Positions 1 through 7,513 of a DNA stretch of 12,274 nucleotides are shown here, in pieces. Position numbers and translations under genes: made by a program. Source of the stretch: Candidatus Omnitrophota bacterium (GTDB lineage: Bacteria > Omnitrophota > Omnitrophia > Omnitrophales > Aquincolibacteriaceae); assembly GCA_043803685.1 (NCBI GenBank), contig JAZDJU010000105.1, forward strand, positions 1 to 12,274, in the 5' to 3' direction. The notes below the pieces were generated by a model. That model searched no databases, was not told the DNA's origin, and was given only the letters and a program-made list of their open reading frames with translations. Each line of letters opens with the position of its first letter. Within the stretch, counting starts at the first letter, position 1.

Positions 1-954
1 CTTGTCACTTCTGCAGGCGACATCCAGGCGAAGACCGACACCATTAATTGGGCGGATGTGACTGCGGTGAAGACGAAGACTGACACAATCGCATGGGGCG
101 ATGTGACGGGTATTAAGGCGAAGACCGACACGATCACTTGGGCAGACGTTACGACCGCGAAGAACAATATCGCGACTCTTATTACGGAAGTCGGCACCGG
201 AAATATCGCCGCTATTAAGACTAAGACGGACGACATCGTTTGGGCGGATGTGACAGGGCTTGTCACAAGCGCAGGTGACATCCAGGCGAAGACCGATACG
301 ATCAATTGGGCGGATGTCACGGCGGTCAAAACGAAGACCGATACGATCGCGTGGGGCGATGTGACGGGTATCAAGGCCAAGACCGACACGATCACTTGGG
401 CAGACGTTACGACCGCAAAAAACAATATCGCGACCTTGATCACAGAAGTCGGCACGGGGAATATTGCCGCCATTAAGACCAAGACCGACGACATTGATTG
501 GGCAGACGTCACGGGACTTGTCACTTCTGCAGGCGACATTTTGGCCAAGACCGACACCATTAATTGGGCGGACGTCACAGCCGTGAAGACGAAGACTGAC
601 ACGATCGCATGGGGTGATGTGACGGGGATCAAGGCTAAAACCGATACGATCACATGGGCGGATGTCACAACCGCGAAGAACAACATCGCGACCCTTATTA
701 CAGAGGTTGGCACGGGGAATATCGCCGCCATCAAGACGAAGACCGACGATATCGACTGGGCAGACGTCACAGGACTTGTGACGACGAGTGGCGACATTCA
801 GGCCAAGACCGACACCATTAACTGGGCGGATGTGACTGCGGTGAAGACCACGACTGATACGATCGCATGGGGCGATGTGACGGGGATCAAGACAAAGACT
901 GACACTATCACATGGGGTGATGTCACTGCGATTAAGACCCAGACAGATAAGATC
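1..954 (+). repeat. Intragenic hierarchical tandem repeat: 258-bp (86-aa) super-units made of 45-bp (15-aa) sub-units
   Basis: LVT(S/T) unit starts at 1, 259, 517 and 775 (exact 258-bp period). Each unit comprises three 15-mers (AKTDTINWADVTAVK / TKTDTIAWGDVTGIK / AKTDTITWADVTTAK), a 19-mer (NNIATLITEVGTGNIAAIK) and a 22-mer (TKTDDIxWADVTGLVTSAGDIQ). The fourth copy is partial and decays at about 950. Confidence 0.97.
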
Positions 955-1989
955 ACGACAGACGTGCTGGTGGATCTGGGGCTTATCAAGGGTTATACCG
1001 ACAGTGCTGAATCTGCGATCGCGACCTTGGACGGAAAGGTTGTGGATGTTAAAACTGTCACAGATGCAACTCTTGCCATGCTTGGCACTATCAATACCGA
1101 TGGCATTGCGTCGCTTTCCGGGAAAATGGACGCGCTACAGGCGGATACGGATACGGCGCTTATCGATCTCGGGATCATTAAGGGGTATACCGATGAGACA
1201 AGAACACAGGTCACGACTCTGGACGGGAAGGTGGTGGACGTGAAAACCGTCGCAGATGCGATCAAGAGCCAAACGGATAACGTTGCCGCGGTGCTTGCTA
1301 ATGTGAATATTGCGAACGGCAAGGCGGAGGAGATCGTCGGATTAGTCAATGATGTTTTGAATAAGTGGGATGGTTATACGACCCAGGATATCATGCAATC
1401 GTTCGAAACCCTTGGGGCCCAAAGTATCGGTTCAGCCACGGATGCTACTACCTCGAACACCCTTTTTGGGAGATTGTCCTTTCTTATCTCGCAATTCGAT
1501 ACCGTGACATCGTCTCAAGTTAGCACCGTGCAGTCTGCTTCAGCGAGTAGTTTACAGCCAGCCTTGGCTGTTTCGACGACAATCGCAAAAAGCGCTCTCC
1601 AGGATGTTCAGAATTCTTACCAGGAGATCAGGTCTGCCCGCGAAATGCTCCGTGCCTCGGGGAAAAGTGAGGCGGCAAGAGCCGGCATGATGCAGGCTCA
1701 GAATTCATTGACCGGGATCAGCGGGACTCTCAGCAAGATCGAGGCTGCGCTCAACAATCCTCTCTACGGAAGGATCTTGAACATTGCCGAACAGGTCAAG
1801 AGCACGGGCATGGTCACCGGGGGTGAAACTGTTAATCAGCTCTTCGACATACCTGCCGATAAAGCAAATGACACACAGTTTATACAGGGGAAACTGCGTG
1901 AGCTTAAGGCTGCAGCCGAACTAAGCAAAGAGATAGCCGTTGCGCAGAAGGAAGCGAGTCAAGCCCCGATCATTAAAAAGGGATGGTAA
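1..1989 (+). CDS. 3' part of a large tandem-repeat protein (putative fibrous surface/secreted protein), 5'-truncated by the window
   Basis: Frame 1 is open from base 1 (ctt gtc act tct gca = LVTSA...) to TAA at 1987-1989. The track's 'start' at 58 is an internal GTG (Val) inside a repeat. Repeat copies differ almost only at synonymous positions, which supports coding in this frame. Function is inferred, not recognised. Confidence 0.9.
   Translation, partial: LVTSAGDIQAKTDTINWADVTAVKTKTDTIAWGDVTGIKAKTDTITWADVTTAKNNIATLITEVGTGNIAAIKTKTDDIVWADVTGLVTSAGDIQAKTDTINWADVTAVKTKTDTIAWGDVTGIKAKTDTITWADVTTAKNNIATLITEVGTGNIAAIKTKTDDIDWADVTGLVTSAGDILAKTDTINWADVTAVKTKTDTIAWGDVTGIKAKTDTITWADVTTAKNNIATLITEVGTGNIAAIKTKTDDIDWADVTGLVTTSGDIQAKTDTINWADVTAVKTTTDTIAWGDVTGIKTKTDTITWGDVTAIKTQTDKITTDVLVDLGLIKGYTDSAESAIATLDGKVVDVKTVTDATLAMLGTINTDGIASLSGKMDALQADTDTALIDLGIIKGYTDETRTQVTTLDGKVVDVKTVADAIKSQTDNVAAVLANVNIANGKAEEIVGLVNDVLNKWDGYTTQDIMQSFETLGAQSIGSATDATTSNTLFGRLSFLISQFDTVTSSQVSTVQSASASSLQPALAVSTTIAKSALQDVQNSYQEIRSAREMLRASGKSEAARAGMMQAQNSLTGISGTLSKIEAALNNPLYGRILNIAEQVKSTGMVTGGETVNQLFDIPADKANDTQFIQGKLRELKAAAELSKEIAVAQKEASQAPIIKKGW
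973..1260 (+). repeat. Second intragenic repeat family: two 32-aa copies 192 bp (64 aa) apart
   Basis: DLGLIKGYTDSAESAIATLDGKVVDVKTVTDA (973-1068) vs DLGIIKGYTDETRTQVTTLDGKVVDVKTVADA (1165-1260). Confidence 0.9.
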
Positions 1990-1992
1990 AGG

Positions 1993-2970
1993 ATGCCTAA
2001 GAGGGTCTTCCTCTTTTTCTTGTTAGCGTGGGGTGTGTTCGCGGGGCATTGTGTGTTTGCTGACGATCCGCGAACCGTCACTCTGAACGTCTCCGTAACG
2101 AACCCTTCTCCGGATCAGACCCGGGAGATGGATTTTAAAACGGATCTGCCTGCAGAGCTCAAACGTAACGACATTATTTCTTCGGATAACCTTAATGTGG
2201 CCTATGACTCTGGGGCCAAGGCTTTTGCGGTCCAAGGGAAGGTCAATCTTCGGCCGGGAGAAACGATATTCTACCGGATCATTGTCCGCGATGTCTGGCT
2301 CGTTTCAGAGGACGATTTCGCTGCGCTTGAGACGAAAGCCAAAAGCCTGAGATCTCCTAGCCAACGGGATTCGGTTCTTCAGCTTCTTGGCAAGATTAAG
2401 GCCCGTCAGGAACAAGGGTACGACGAGGTCCTTGATCACATAGCGATTTACAGGGAAAATTTTAAAGAACTGGATTCGATTCGGAATGAGCTTTTGACAG
2501 AACCCTTTGCCATGTCTTTCGATACCGCGACGAACCATTCGGGGTCTTTGATCGCCGTGGTTGCTTTTGGGATCTTGACCGCAGCCTCTGTAATGTTTTT
2601 TCTTGGCAAGAGCCGTAAGCCGTCAAGGCGTTCTCCCGGGAATTTCCTGGTATTATCCGAAGATGTCAGGGTGGATTGCGTTTTGCTGCCTCAGGGCAAT
2701 GTCTTGCCGTCTCCACACAGGTCCCAGGTTAAAGAGCGAGGGATCTCCATGGTTTTGGATGAGCGATACCTGGAACATGCCGCCATTGAAATGAAGGTCT
2801 TCCTGCCGGGGAGTCAGGATGCGTTCGCATTTACTGGTTTCGTGGTGCAACAATCGCCTTTGACGGGCGGTGGTAAAGATCGTTTCGAGACGCTTGTCAG
2901 CCTGGTCGAGGCCGGCGAAAACAGCTATGAAACATTGAGTCAGTACATTCAAACCCGCCCGAAGGATTAA
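1993..2970 (+). CDS. Bitopic membrane protein: signal peptide, exported domain, one TM helix, cytoplasmic degenerate PilZ-like domain
   Basis: ATG 3 nt after the upstream stop. N-terminus MPKR + hydrophobic stretch + VFA|DD looks like a Sec/SPase I signal. TM LIAVVAFGILTAASVMFFLG (2548-2607) is followed by basic KSRKPSRR. The C-terminal pattern 'GISMVL...IEMKVFLPG...F.FTG.VV....RFET.V.L......E.LSQYI' follows the PilZ barrel plus terminal helix pattern. Confidence 0.75.
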   Translation: MPKRVFLFFLLAWGVFAGHCVFADDPRTVTLNVSVTNPSPDQTREMDFKTDLPAELKRNDIISSDNLNVAYDSGAKAFAVQGKVNLRPGETIFYRIIVRDVWLVSEDDFAALETKAKSLRSPSQRDSVLQLLGKIKARQEQGYDEVLDHIAIYRENFKELDSIRNELLTEPFAMSFDTATNHSGSLIAVVAFGILTAASVMFFLGKSRKPSRRSPGNFLVLSEDVRVDCVLLPQGNVLPSPHRSQVKERGISMVLDERYLEHAAIEMKVFLPGSQDAFAFTGFVVQQSPLTGGGKDRFETLVSLVEAGENSYETLSQYIQTRPKD

Positions 2971-2976
2971 CGGATC

Positions 2977-5316
2977 GTGCCGCAAAAAAAAGTTCTCATT
3001 ATCAACGGTGACGAAGGTTTTGTCAGGATCCTCAAACTTCGCCTTGAGCCCAAGGGGTTCGATGTTTTTTACGAATATAAAATGCTCAATTCGTTCGCGA
3101 GAGTTTTCGAGATCAAACCAGATTTGATCATTCTTGATTCCTTCTTCTCGATACCGGATGGAGTGGAGGCGTTCCTTCACATCAAGAGCAATGCGCTTCT
3201 CAAGAATACGCCAGTCTTATGTATGGTGAACTCTGACGCGGAAAAGGAAGATCTTGAAGGTCTCGACATCCATCCCGAGGGGCTTCTTGTGAAACCTTAT
3301 GAATCTGAAGAGCTCTATGGATTGATCGATAGCTTGACCGCTCGCTCTGTGGAAATCCATCCGCCTGAAGAGCCTGAGGGGGGAGACGAAATTAGTGACA
3401 GCGCAGAAGCGGCTCTCGCCCACAGTTTGATCGCGGGAGGCGTGGTGGATCGTGACAAAATGAATGAATTGCTGGTCAAGACACGGGAGGGGAAGGGATC
3501 GCTTTCCAGAGAAATTGTACGGCAAGGTTTGGCCACGGAGGATGTCCTCCTATCGTTCATGGCCGAGGCTTATGGTTTGAAGTATGCCGAGATCCGGGAG
3601 GAGGACATTGAACCGGAGGCGATCAAACGGATCCCGGTCAAACACGCATCTTATTACAAGATTATGCCCGTAAAAATCGAAGATGACAAGTTGCTATGCG
3701 CGATCTCCGATCCGCTTTCTATCACCCAAGTGAAAGATGATATTCGGGTCCAATTGAACCAGAAGCTTGAATTTATCCTGGCTTCGGAAGAAAAAATTGA
3801 AGAGTGGATCAAAAGTTTCTATGGGATCGGGACCGAGACGATTGAACAGATCCTTACGACGGCTGACGGTGAGGCGGGAAAAGGAAAGACTTTAAGGCCG
3901 GAGTCGGATGAGGACATTGCGAAACTCGCGGACACTTCTTCGGTGATCAAGTTGGTGAATCAGATCCTGATCGATGCGCAGGACAGGAATGCTTCGGATA
4001 TCCATATCGAACCTTTTATGGGGAAGACCAAACTGAGGTACAGGATCGACGGTGTTCTTGTTGACGCGAAGGTTTCGCCCGAGATCAACTATTTTTTGAG
4101 CGCTATCATTTCTAGGATCAAGATCATGTCGAACCTGAATATTGTTGAGAGGAGGCTTCCTCAAGACGGTAAGGCGCGGGTCAAGATCAATAACGAGATG
4201 TTCGATCTCAGAATCTCGACATTGCCGGCCGCGCACGGGGAAAGTCTGGTGATCCGTATCCTGCCGACGCGGATGCTCTTCAGCCTGGCGAAGCTAGGAC
4301 TTTCGGATCGTGATCGGAAGCTCTTTGAGGATCTGACCCGTCGGCCCCACGGGATCCTCTTCGTGACCGGTCCGACGGGAAGTGGCAAGACGACCACTCT
4401 TTACGCATGCCTTTCGAAAATCCAGGAGGAGAAACCCGGCTATAAGATCATCACGATCGAAGACCCGATCGAATATGAGTTGGATGGGATCACGCAGCTT
4501 CAGGTCAACTCCGACATCAATTTTACTTTTGCCCGGGGACTGAAGAACATGTTGCGTCACGATCCCAACATTATGATGATCGGCGAGGTGCGCGATCTTG
4601 AAACGGCCGAGATCTCCATCCAGATGGCGCTCACCGGTCATCTTCTTTTCTCAACGTTGCATACCAACGATGCGGCGAGCGGCATTACACGATTGATCGA
4701 TATCGGGATCGAGCCGTACCTTGTAGCGTCTTCGGTCGAGGCGTTTATCTCCCAGCGTTTGGTGCGCGTTATATGTCCGCAATGCAAGTGTGAGGTCCCT
4801 CGCAACGAGGAGACAGCTCTGCAGATCACCAAGATCTGCGAGAAGATCACGACCTCCGGGGATAAACGACGGCTCGAGGATCCTGATGCTCACTTGTACC
4901 CGCGCTCCAAGCCACCCCTTTCGGCTTCTTCGTTGTCCGGGGAACGGCGACGCCTTGTGGATCCCTATGCTCATTTGTATAAGCAACCAAGTGCGACTCT
5001 GTCTTCTTCGTCCATGCACTGGCTCAGGGCTGGGGAGTCCTGTTTCAAAGGAAAGGGGTGCAAAGCATGCAATTTTACAGGTTATAAGGGAAGGACGGCG
5101 ATCTATGAGATCCTTCCCATGACGGAAAAGATCAAAGCGCTTATTCAAGAGAAAGCGACCGCGCAAGCCATCAACAAACAGGCAGTCCTGGAAGGCATGA
5201 GGACTCTCTATCAGTGCGGATTTGACAAAGTCATTTCGGGGATCACCACCTTCGAGGAAGTCCTGCGTGTGACAAAAGAGGATGTTGCCGGTCCGGATAG
5301 GATGAAAGAGCGATGA
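2977..5316 (+). CDS. gspE: GspE/PulE/PilB-family secretion ATPase with N-terminal receiver (REC)-like domain
   Basis: GTG start. Conserved motifs: ASDIHIEP, RYRIDGVL, ERRLPQDG, Walker A GPTGSGKT (4369-4392), Asp box TIEDPIE, Walker B IMMIGEVRD, His box TGHLLFSTLHTND, Zn motif CPQC...CKAC and GYKGRTAIYE. The first ~120 aa carry REC motifs (KKVLII, KPDLIILD, DG, TPV, VKPY). Confidence 0.93.
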   Translation: MPQKKVLIINGDEGFVRILKLRLEPKGFDVFYEYKMLNSFARVFEIKPDLIILDSFFSIPDGVEAFLHIKSNALLKNTPVLCMVNSDAEKEDLEGLDIHPEGLLVKPYESEELYGLIDSLTARSVEIHPPEEPEGGDEISDSAEAALAHSLIAGGVVDRDKMNELLVKTREGKGSLSREIVRQGLATEDVLLSFMAEAYGLKYAEIREEDIEPEAIKRIPVKHASYYKIMPVKIEDDKLLCAISDPLSITQVKDDIRVQLNQKLEFILASEEKIEEWIKSFYGIGTETIEQILTTADGEAGKGKTLRPESDEDIAKLADTSSVIKLVNQILIDAQDRNASDIHIEPFMGKTKLRYRIDGVLVDAKVSPEINYFLSAIISRIKIMSNLNIVERRLPQDGKARVKINNEMFDLRISTLPAAHGESLVIRILPTRMLFSLAKLGLSDRDRKLFEDLTRRPHGILFVTGPTGSGKTTTLYACLSKIQEEKPGYKIITIEDPIEYELDGITQLQVNSDINFTFARGLKNMLRHDPNIMMIGEVRDLETAEISIQMALTGHLLFSTLHTNDAASGITRLIDIGIEPYLVASSVEAFISQRLVRVICPQCKCEVPRNEETALQITKICEKITTSGDKRRLEDPDAHLYPRSKPPLSASSLSGERRRLVDPYAHLYKQPSATLSSSSMHWLRAGESCFKGKGCKACNFTGYKGRTAIYEILPMTEKIKALIQEKATAQAINKQAVLEGMRTLYQCGFDKVISGITTFEEVLRVTKEDVAGPDRMKER
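4855..5016 (+). repeat. 81-bp (27-aa) imperfect tandem duplication inside gspE
   Basis: SGDKRRLEDPDAHLYPRSKPPLSASSL (starts 4855) vs SGERRRLVDPYAHLYKQPSATLSSSSM (starts 4936). DNA similarity is visible (tccgggga...ggatcc...atgctca.ttgta). Confidence 0.9.
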
Positions 5317-6509
5317 AATTCGATTATGTTGCTAAAAAAGGCCGCAAAACAGTAACAGGCGTTATCGAGGCCCCGGACAAGGAAATGGGCATTGCCCAGC
5401 TTGAGTCCTTGGGCTATCTCCCGGTTCAGATCGAAGAAGTGGGGCCGCGGGTTATGACCGTAAAAAGTTTTTTCCCGAGAAAGATATCTCAAGAGGATAT
5501 CAACGGGTTCATGCGGGAACTGGCTATGCTGGTGAAGTCTCGCCTTCAATTGGTGAAGGCTCTGGAAAGCCTCAGTCGCGGCACCCTCCATCCGGGACTT
5601 CGAGATCTGATCGGGAGTCTTGCGGCCGAAGTGAGTCAGGGGAAGCCCTTATCTGTGGCGTTGGCCGATCACCCAAAATATTTTTCGCGCGTTTCAGTCA
5701 GCATGATCGCTGCGGGTGAACGAGGCGGCACGCTCGACAAAGTGTTGCTTCGTCTGGTGGAATATGCCGCCCGGGAAGATGATATCCGGAACAAGATCCG
5801 GTCGGCTATGGCTTACCCGCTTTTGATGGCGGCGATGGGTATTCTCACGGTTGTGGTCATGATCACGTTTGTGATGCCTAAACTCACCAAGCTGTTCTCG
5901 GATATGCAGCAAAGTCTCCCGATGCCGACCAAAATACTCATGGGGCTGAGCGCGTTCTTCAATGCGAATTGGTACTGGATGGCGCTTGTCCTCGGGGTCC
6001 TGATCATCCTGGCCAAAAAGAACCGCGTGATCGAACGGAACAAGGCCTCGATCGAAAAGATCATTTTCGATCTTCCTCTCGCCGGGAACTATATGCGTAT
6101 GAGAGGGGGCGCGCAGTTCTGCTACACGTTGAGCCTGATGCTCACCAACGGGATCCCGATCCGGGATGCTATTTCGGCGACGATCCCCACGATCGGGAGC
6201 CGCATCATCGAAGAAGAATTGAAGGCGCTTAGTTCCGGGCTTGCGGATGGCGCTTCCGTGGCCGACTGCGTTTCCAAAAGCTCGTTTTTTCCAGAGCATG
6301 TGATCAGTCTGATTAAGGTCGGCGAGGAATCCGGGCGGTTGGACGAGGTGTTGCTTGAGATCGCCACCTCCTATGACAAGAAGGTCGACGTTTCACTGAA
6401 AACGTTTAGCGCGCTTCTGGAGCCGCTCATCATCCTTGCGGTTGGTCTTGTCGTCGGGTTTATCGTGATCTCCATGATCCTTCCCGTGTTCGAATTCAAT
6501 GTGCGATAA
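5313..6509 (+). CDS. gspF: Type II secretion system F / PilC family inner-membrane platform protein
   Basis: ATGA overlap with the gspE stop. 398 aa with two GspF repeats (AGERGGTLD; VGEESGRLD), SAMAYP + TM1, TM2, and LLEPLII...SMILPVF TM3. Confidence 0.95.
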   Translation: MKFDYVAKKGRKTVTGVIEAPDKEMGIAQLESLGYLPVQIEEVGPRVMTVKSFFPRKISQEDINGFMRELAMLVKSRLQLVKALESLSRGTLHPGLRDLIGSLAAEVSQGKPLSVALADHPKYFSRVSVSMIAAGERGGTLDKVLLRLVEYAAREDDIRNKIRSAMAYPLLMAAMGILTVVVMITFVMPKLTKLFSDMQQSLPMPTKILMGLSAFFNANWYWMALVLGVLIILAKKNRVIERNKASIEKIIFDLPLAGNYMRMRGGAQFCYTLSLMLTNGIPIRDAISATIPTIGSRIIEEELKALSSGLADGASVADCVSKSSFFPEHVISLIKVGEESGRLDEVLLEIATSYDKKVDVSLKTFSALLEPLIILAVGLVVGFIVISMILPVFEFNVR

Positions 6510-6924
6510 CCGCGGACGATCCTTTAGGCGTTTTTCAAAAGGGTTTACGCTGGTCGAGCTGATGCTTGCGTTCGTGATCCTTTCCTTCGGCATCGTTTTC
6601 GTTCTCCGTTCTTTTGGTACCGCCCTGACGGCCCTCCGGAAGGTGGATGACGTCAAGACACTTTCCTGGCTGATGGAACCTCAGATGGATCAGATGATCC
6701 GAAGGTCCTGGGAGGAAATGGGAGCCAGCGAAGGGATGGTGGCGGGGGATCTGACGGCCGAGGACGGCAAAGTCTATCCCTGGAGGCTGGCGGTTGTTCC
6801 AAATTCTTTATATCCGACTTTAAATGAGGCGATACTCATTCTCTCAAAGGGTTCCGGACGTCCCGCGAGCCTTATGTCCTCCACCTATCTTCTAAAGCGC
6901 GAAGGCGATGAGAAAAAACAATAG
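6499..6924 (+). CDS. gspI: Minor pseudopilin, GspI-like
   Basis: Class III signal peptide RRFSKG|FTLVELMLAFVILSFGIVFVL with Glu+5. 141 aa, immediately before the J- and K-like genes. The 'G......YPWRL.V' pattern is typical of GspI. Confidence 0.72.
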   Translation: MCDNRGRSFRRFSKGFTLVELMLAFVILSFGIVFVLRSFGTALTALRKVDDVKTLSWLMEPQMDQMIRRSWEEMGASEGMVAGDLTAEDGKVYPWRLAVVPNSLYPTLNEAILILSKGSGRPASLMSSTYLLKREGDEKKQ

Positions 6925-7513
6925 TCGCATCTTTCGATGCCGCCAGGGATTTACGATGATAGAGCTTCTGATCACCGCTTCTCTGGTCGCGGTGCTCAGC
7001 GTGGCTGTCTTTTCCGTGCTCATGCGCGGAATGGACGTTTGGAAACGCGTCCGTTCTATGGATAGGGCCGAAGATGACGTGCGCCTCGATCTTGACAAAT
7101 TCTCGAGAGAACTGCGCACCTCTTTCGATTTTACTCCGATCGTTTTTACGGGGGAAAAAGGCCAGATCATGTTTTCCACCTATCTCCGTGCGTTTGATGG
7201 GGAAGGGCTTCCCATGGAGGCTCTCGGGAAGGTGACCTATTTTTACAGCCCTGAGGAAAAGACGCTATTCAGGCGTCAGGAGAATTACAGCGATCTTTTC
7301 CATCCGAAGCGGGCGACCTTTGAGAAGTTCATCGCGCCGGTCGAGGAAGCGGTGTTCACCTATTACGCGTTCAATCCTGCCAAACAAAAATTTGAATGGA
7401 AGGAAAAATGGAATGAGCCTTCTCGCCCTGCGGGCGTCCGGCTCACCCTTGCGATCCCAGACCATGAAAACAAAAAAAATAAACACATCGACAAAACAGT
7501 CTATTTCCAGTAA
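6908..7513 (+). CDS. gspJ: Minor pseudopilin, GspJ-like
   Basis: Class III signal RCRQG|FTMIELLITASLVAVL. Motifs 'LDKFSRELR', 'VTYFY....LFRR' and 'W..KW....P.GVRLTL' are characteristic of GspJ/PulJ. 201 aa. Confidence 0.82.
   Translation: MRKNNSRIFRCRQGFTMIELLITASLVAVLSVAVFSVLMRGMDVWKRVRSMDRAEDDVRLDLDKFSRELRTSFDFTPIVFTGEKGQIMFSTYLRAFDGEGLPMEALGKVTYFYSPEEKTLFRRQENYSDLFHPKRATFEKFIAPVEEAVFTYYAFNPAKQKFEWKEKWNEPSRPAGVRLTLAIPDHENKKNKHIDKTVYFQ

Noticed and set aside
58..60. Start codon of ORF1 as given by the track
   Set aside because: It is the Val codon of a WADVT repeat; the frame is open back to base 1.
1..954. Periodic DNA repeats as a CRISPR array or non-coding repeat
   Set aside because: Periods are multiples of 3, variation is almost all synonymous, and there are no unique spacers. 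It is a coding repeat.
1..954. Diversity-generating retroelement TR/VR pair
   Set aside because: Differences are synonymous third-position changes of all base types, not adenine-specific, and no reverse transcriptase is present in the window.
1960..1989. C-terminal Trp of ORF1 as a Bam beta-signal / autotransporter anchor
   Set aside because: The preceding region looks helical, with no alternating amphipathic beta-strands, so there is no barrel evidence.
2984..2991. A8 tract at the gspE 5' end (and A8 at 7472-7479 in the gspJ/gspK overlap) as phase-variation or frameshift sites
   Set aside because: Short tracts explained by Lys codons in basic termini. Frames are intact and there is no evidence of length variation.
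7320..7463. N-terminal extension of GspK (likewise 8386-8472 for GspL and 9855-9878 for GspM)
   Set aside because: These extensions overlap upstream genes more than needed. Downstream ATGs (7464, 8473, 9879) give a normal prepilin leader, a plausible RBS and an ATGA coupling, respectively.
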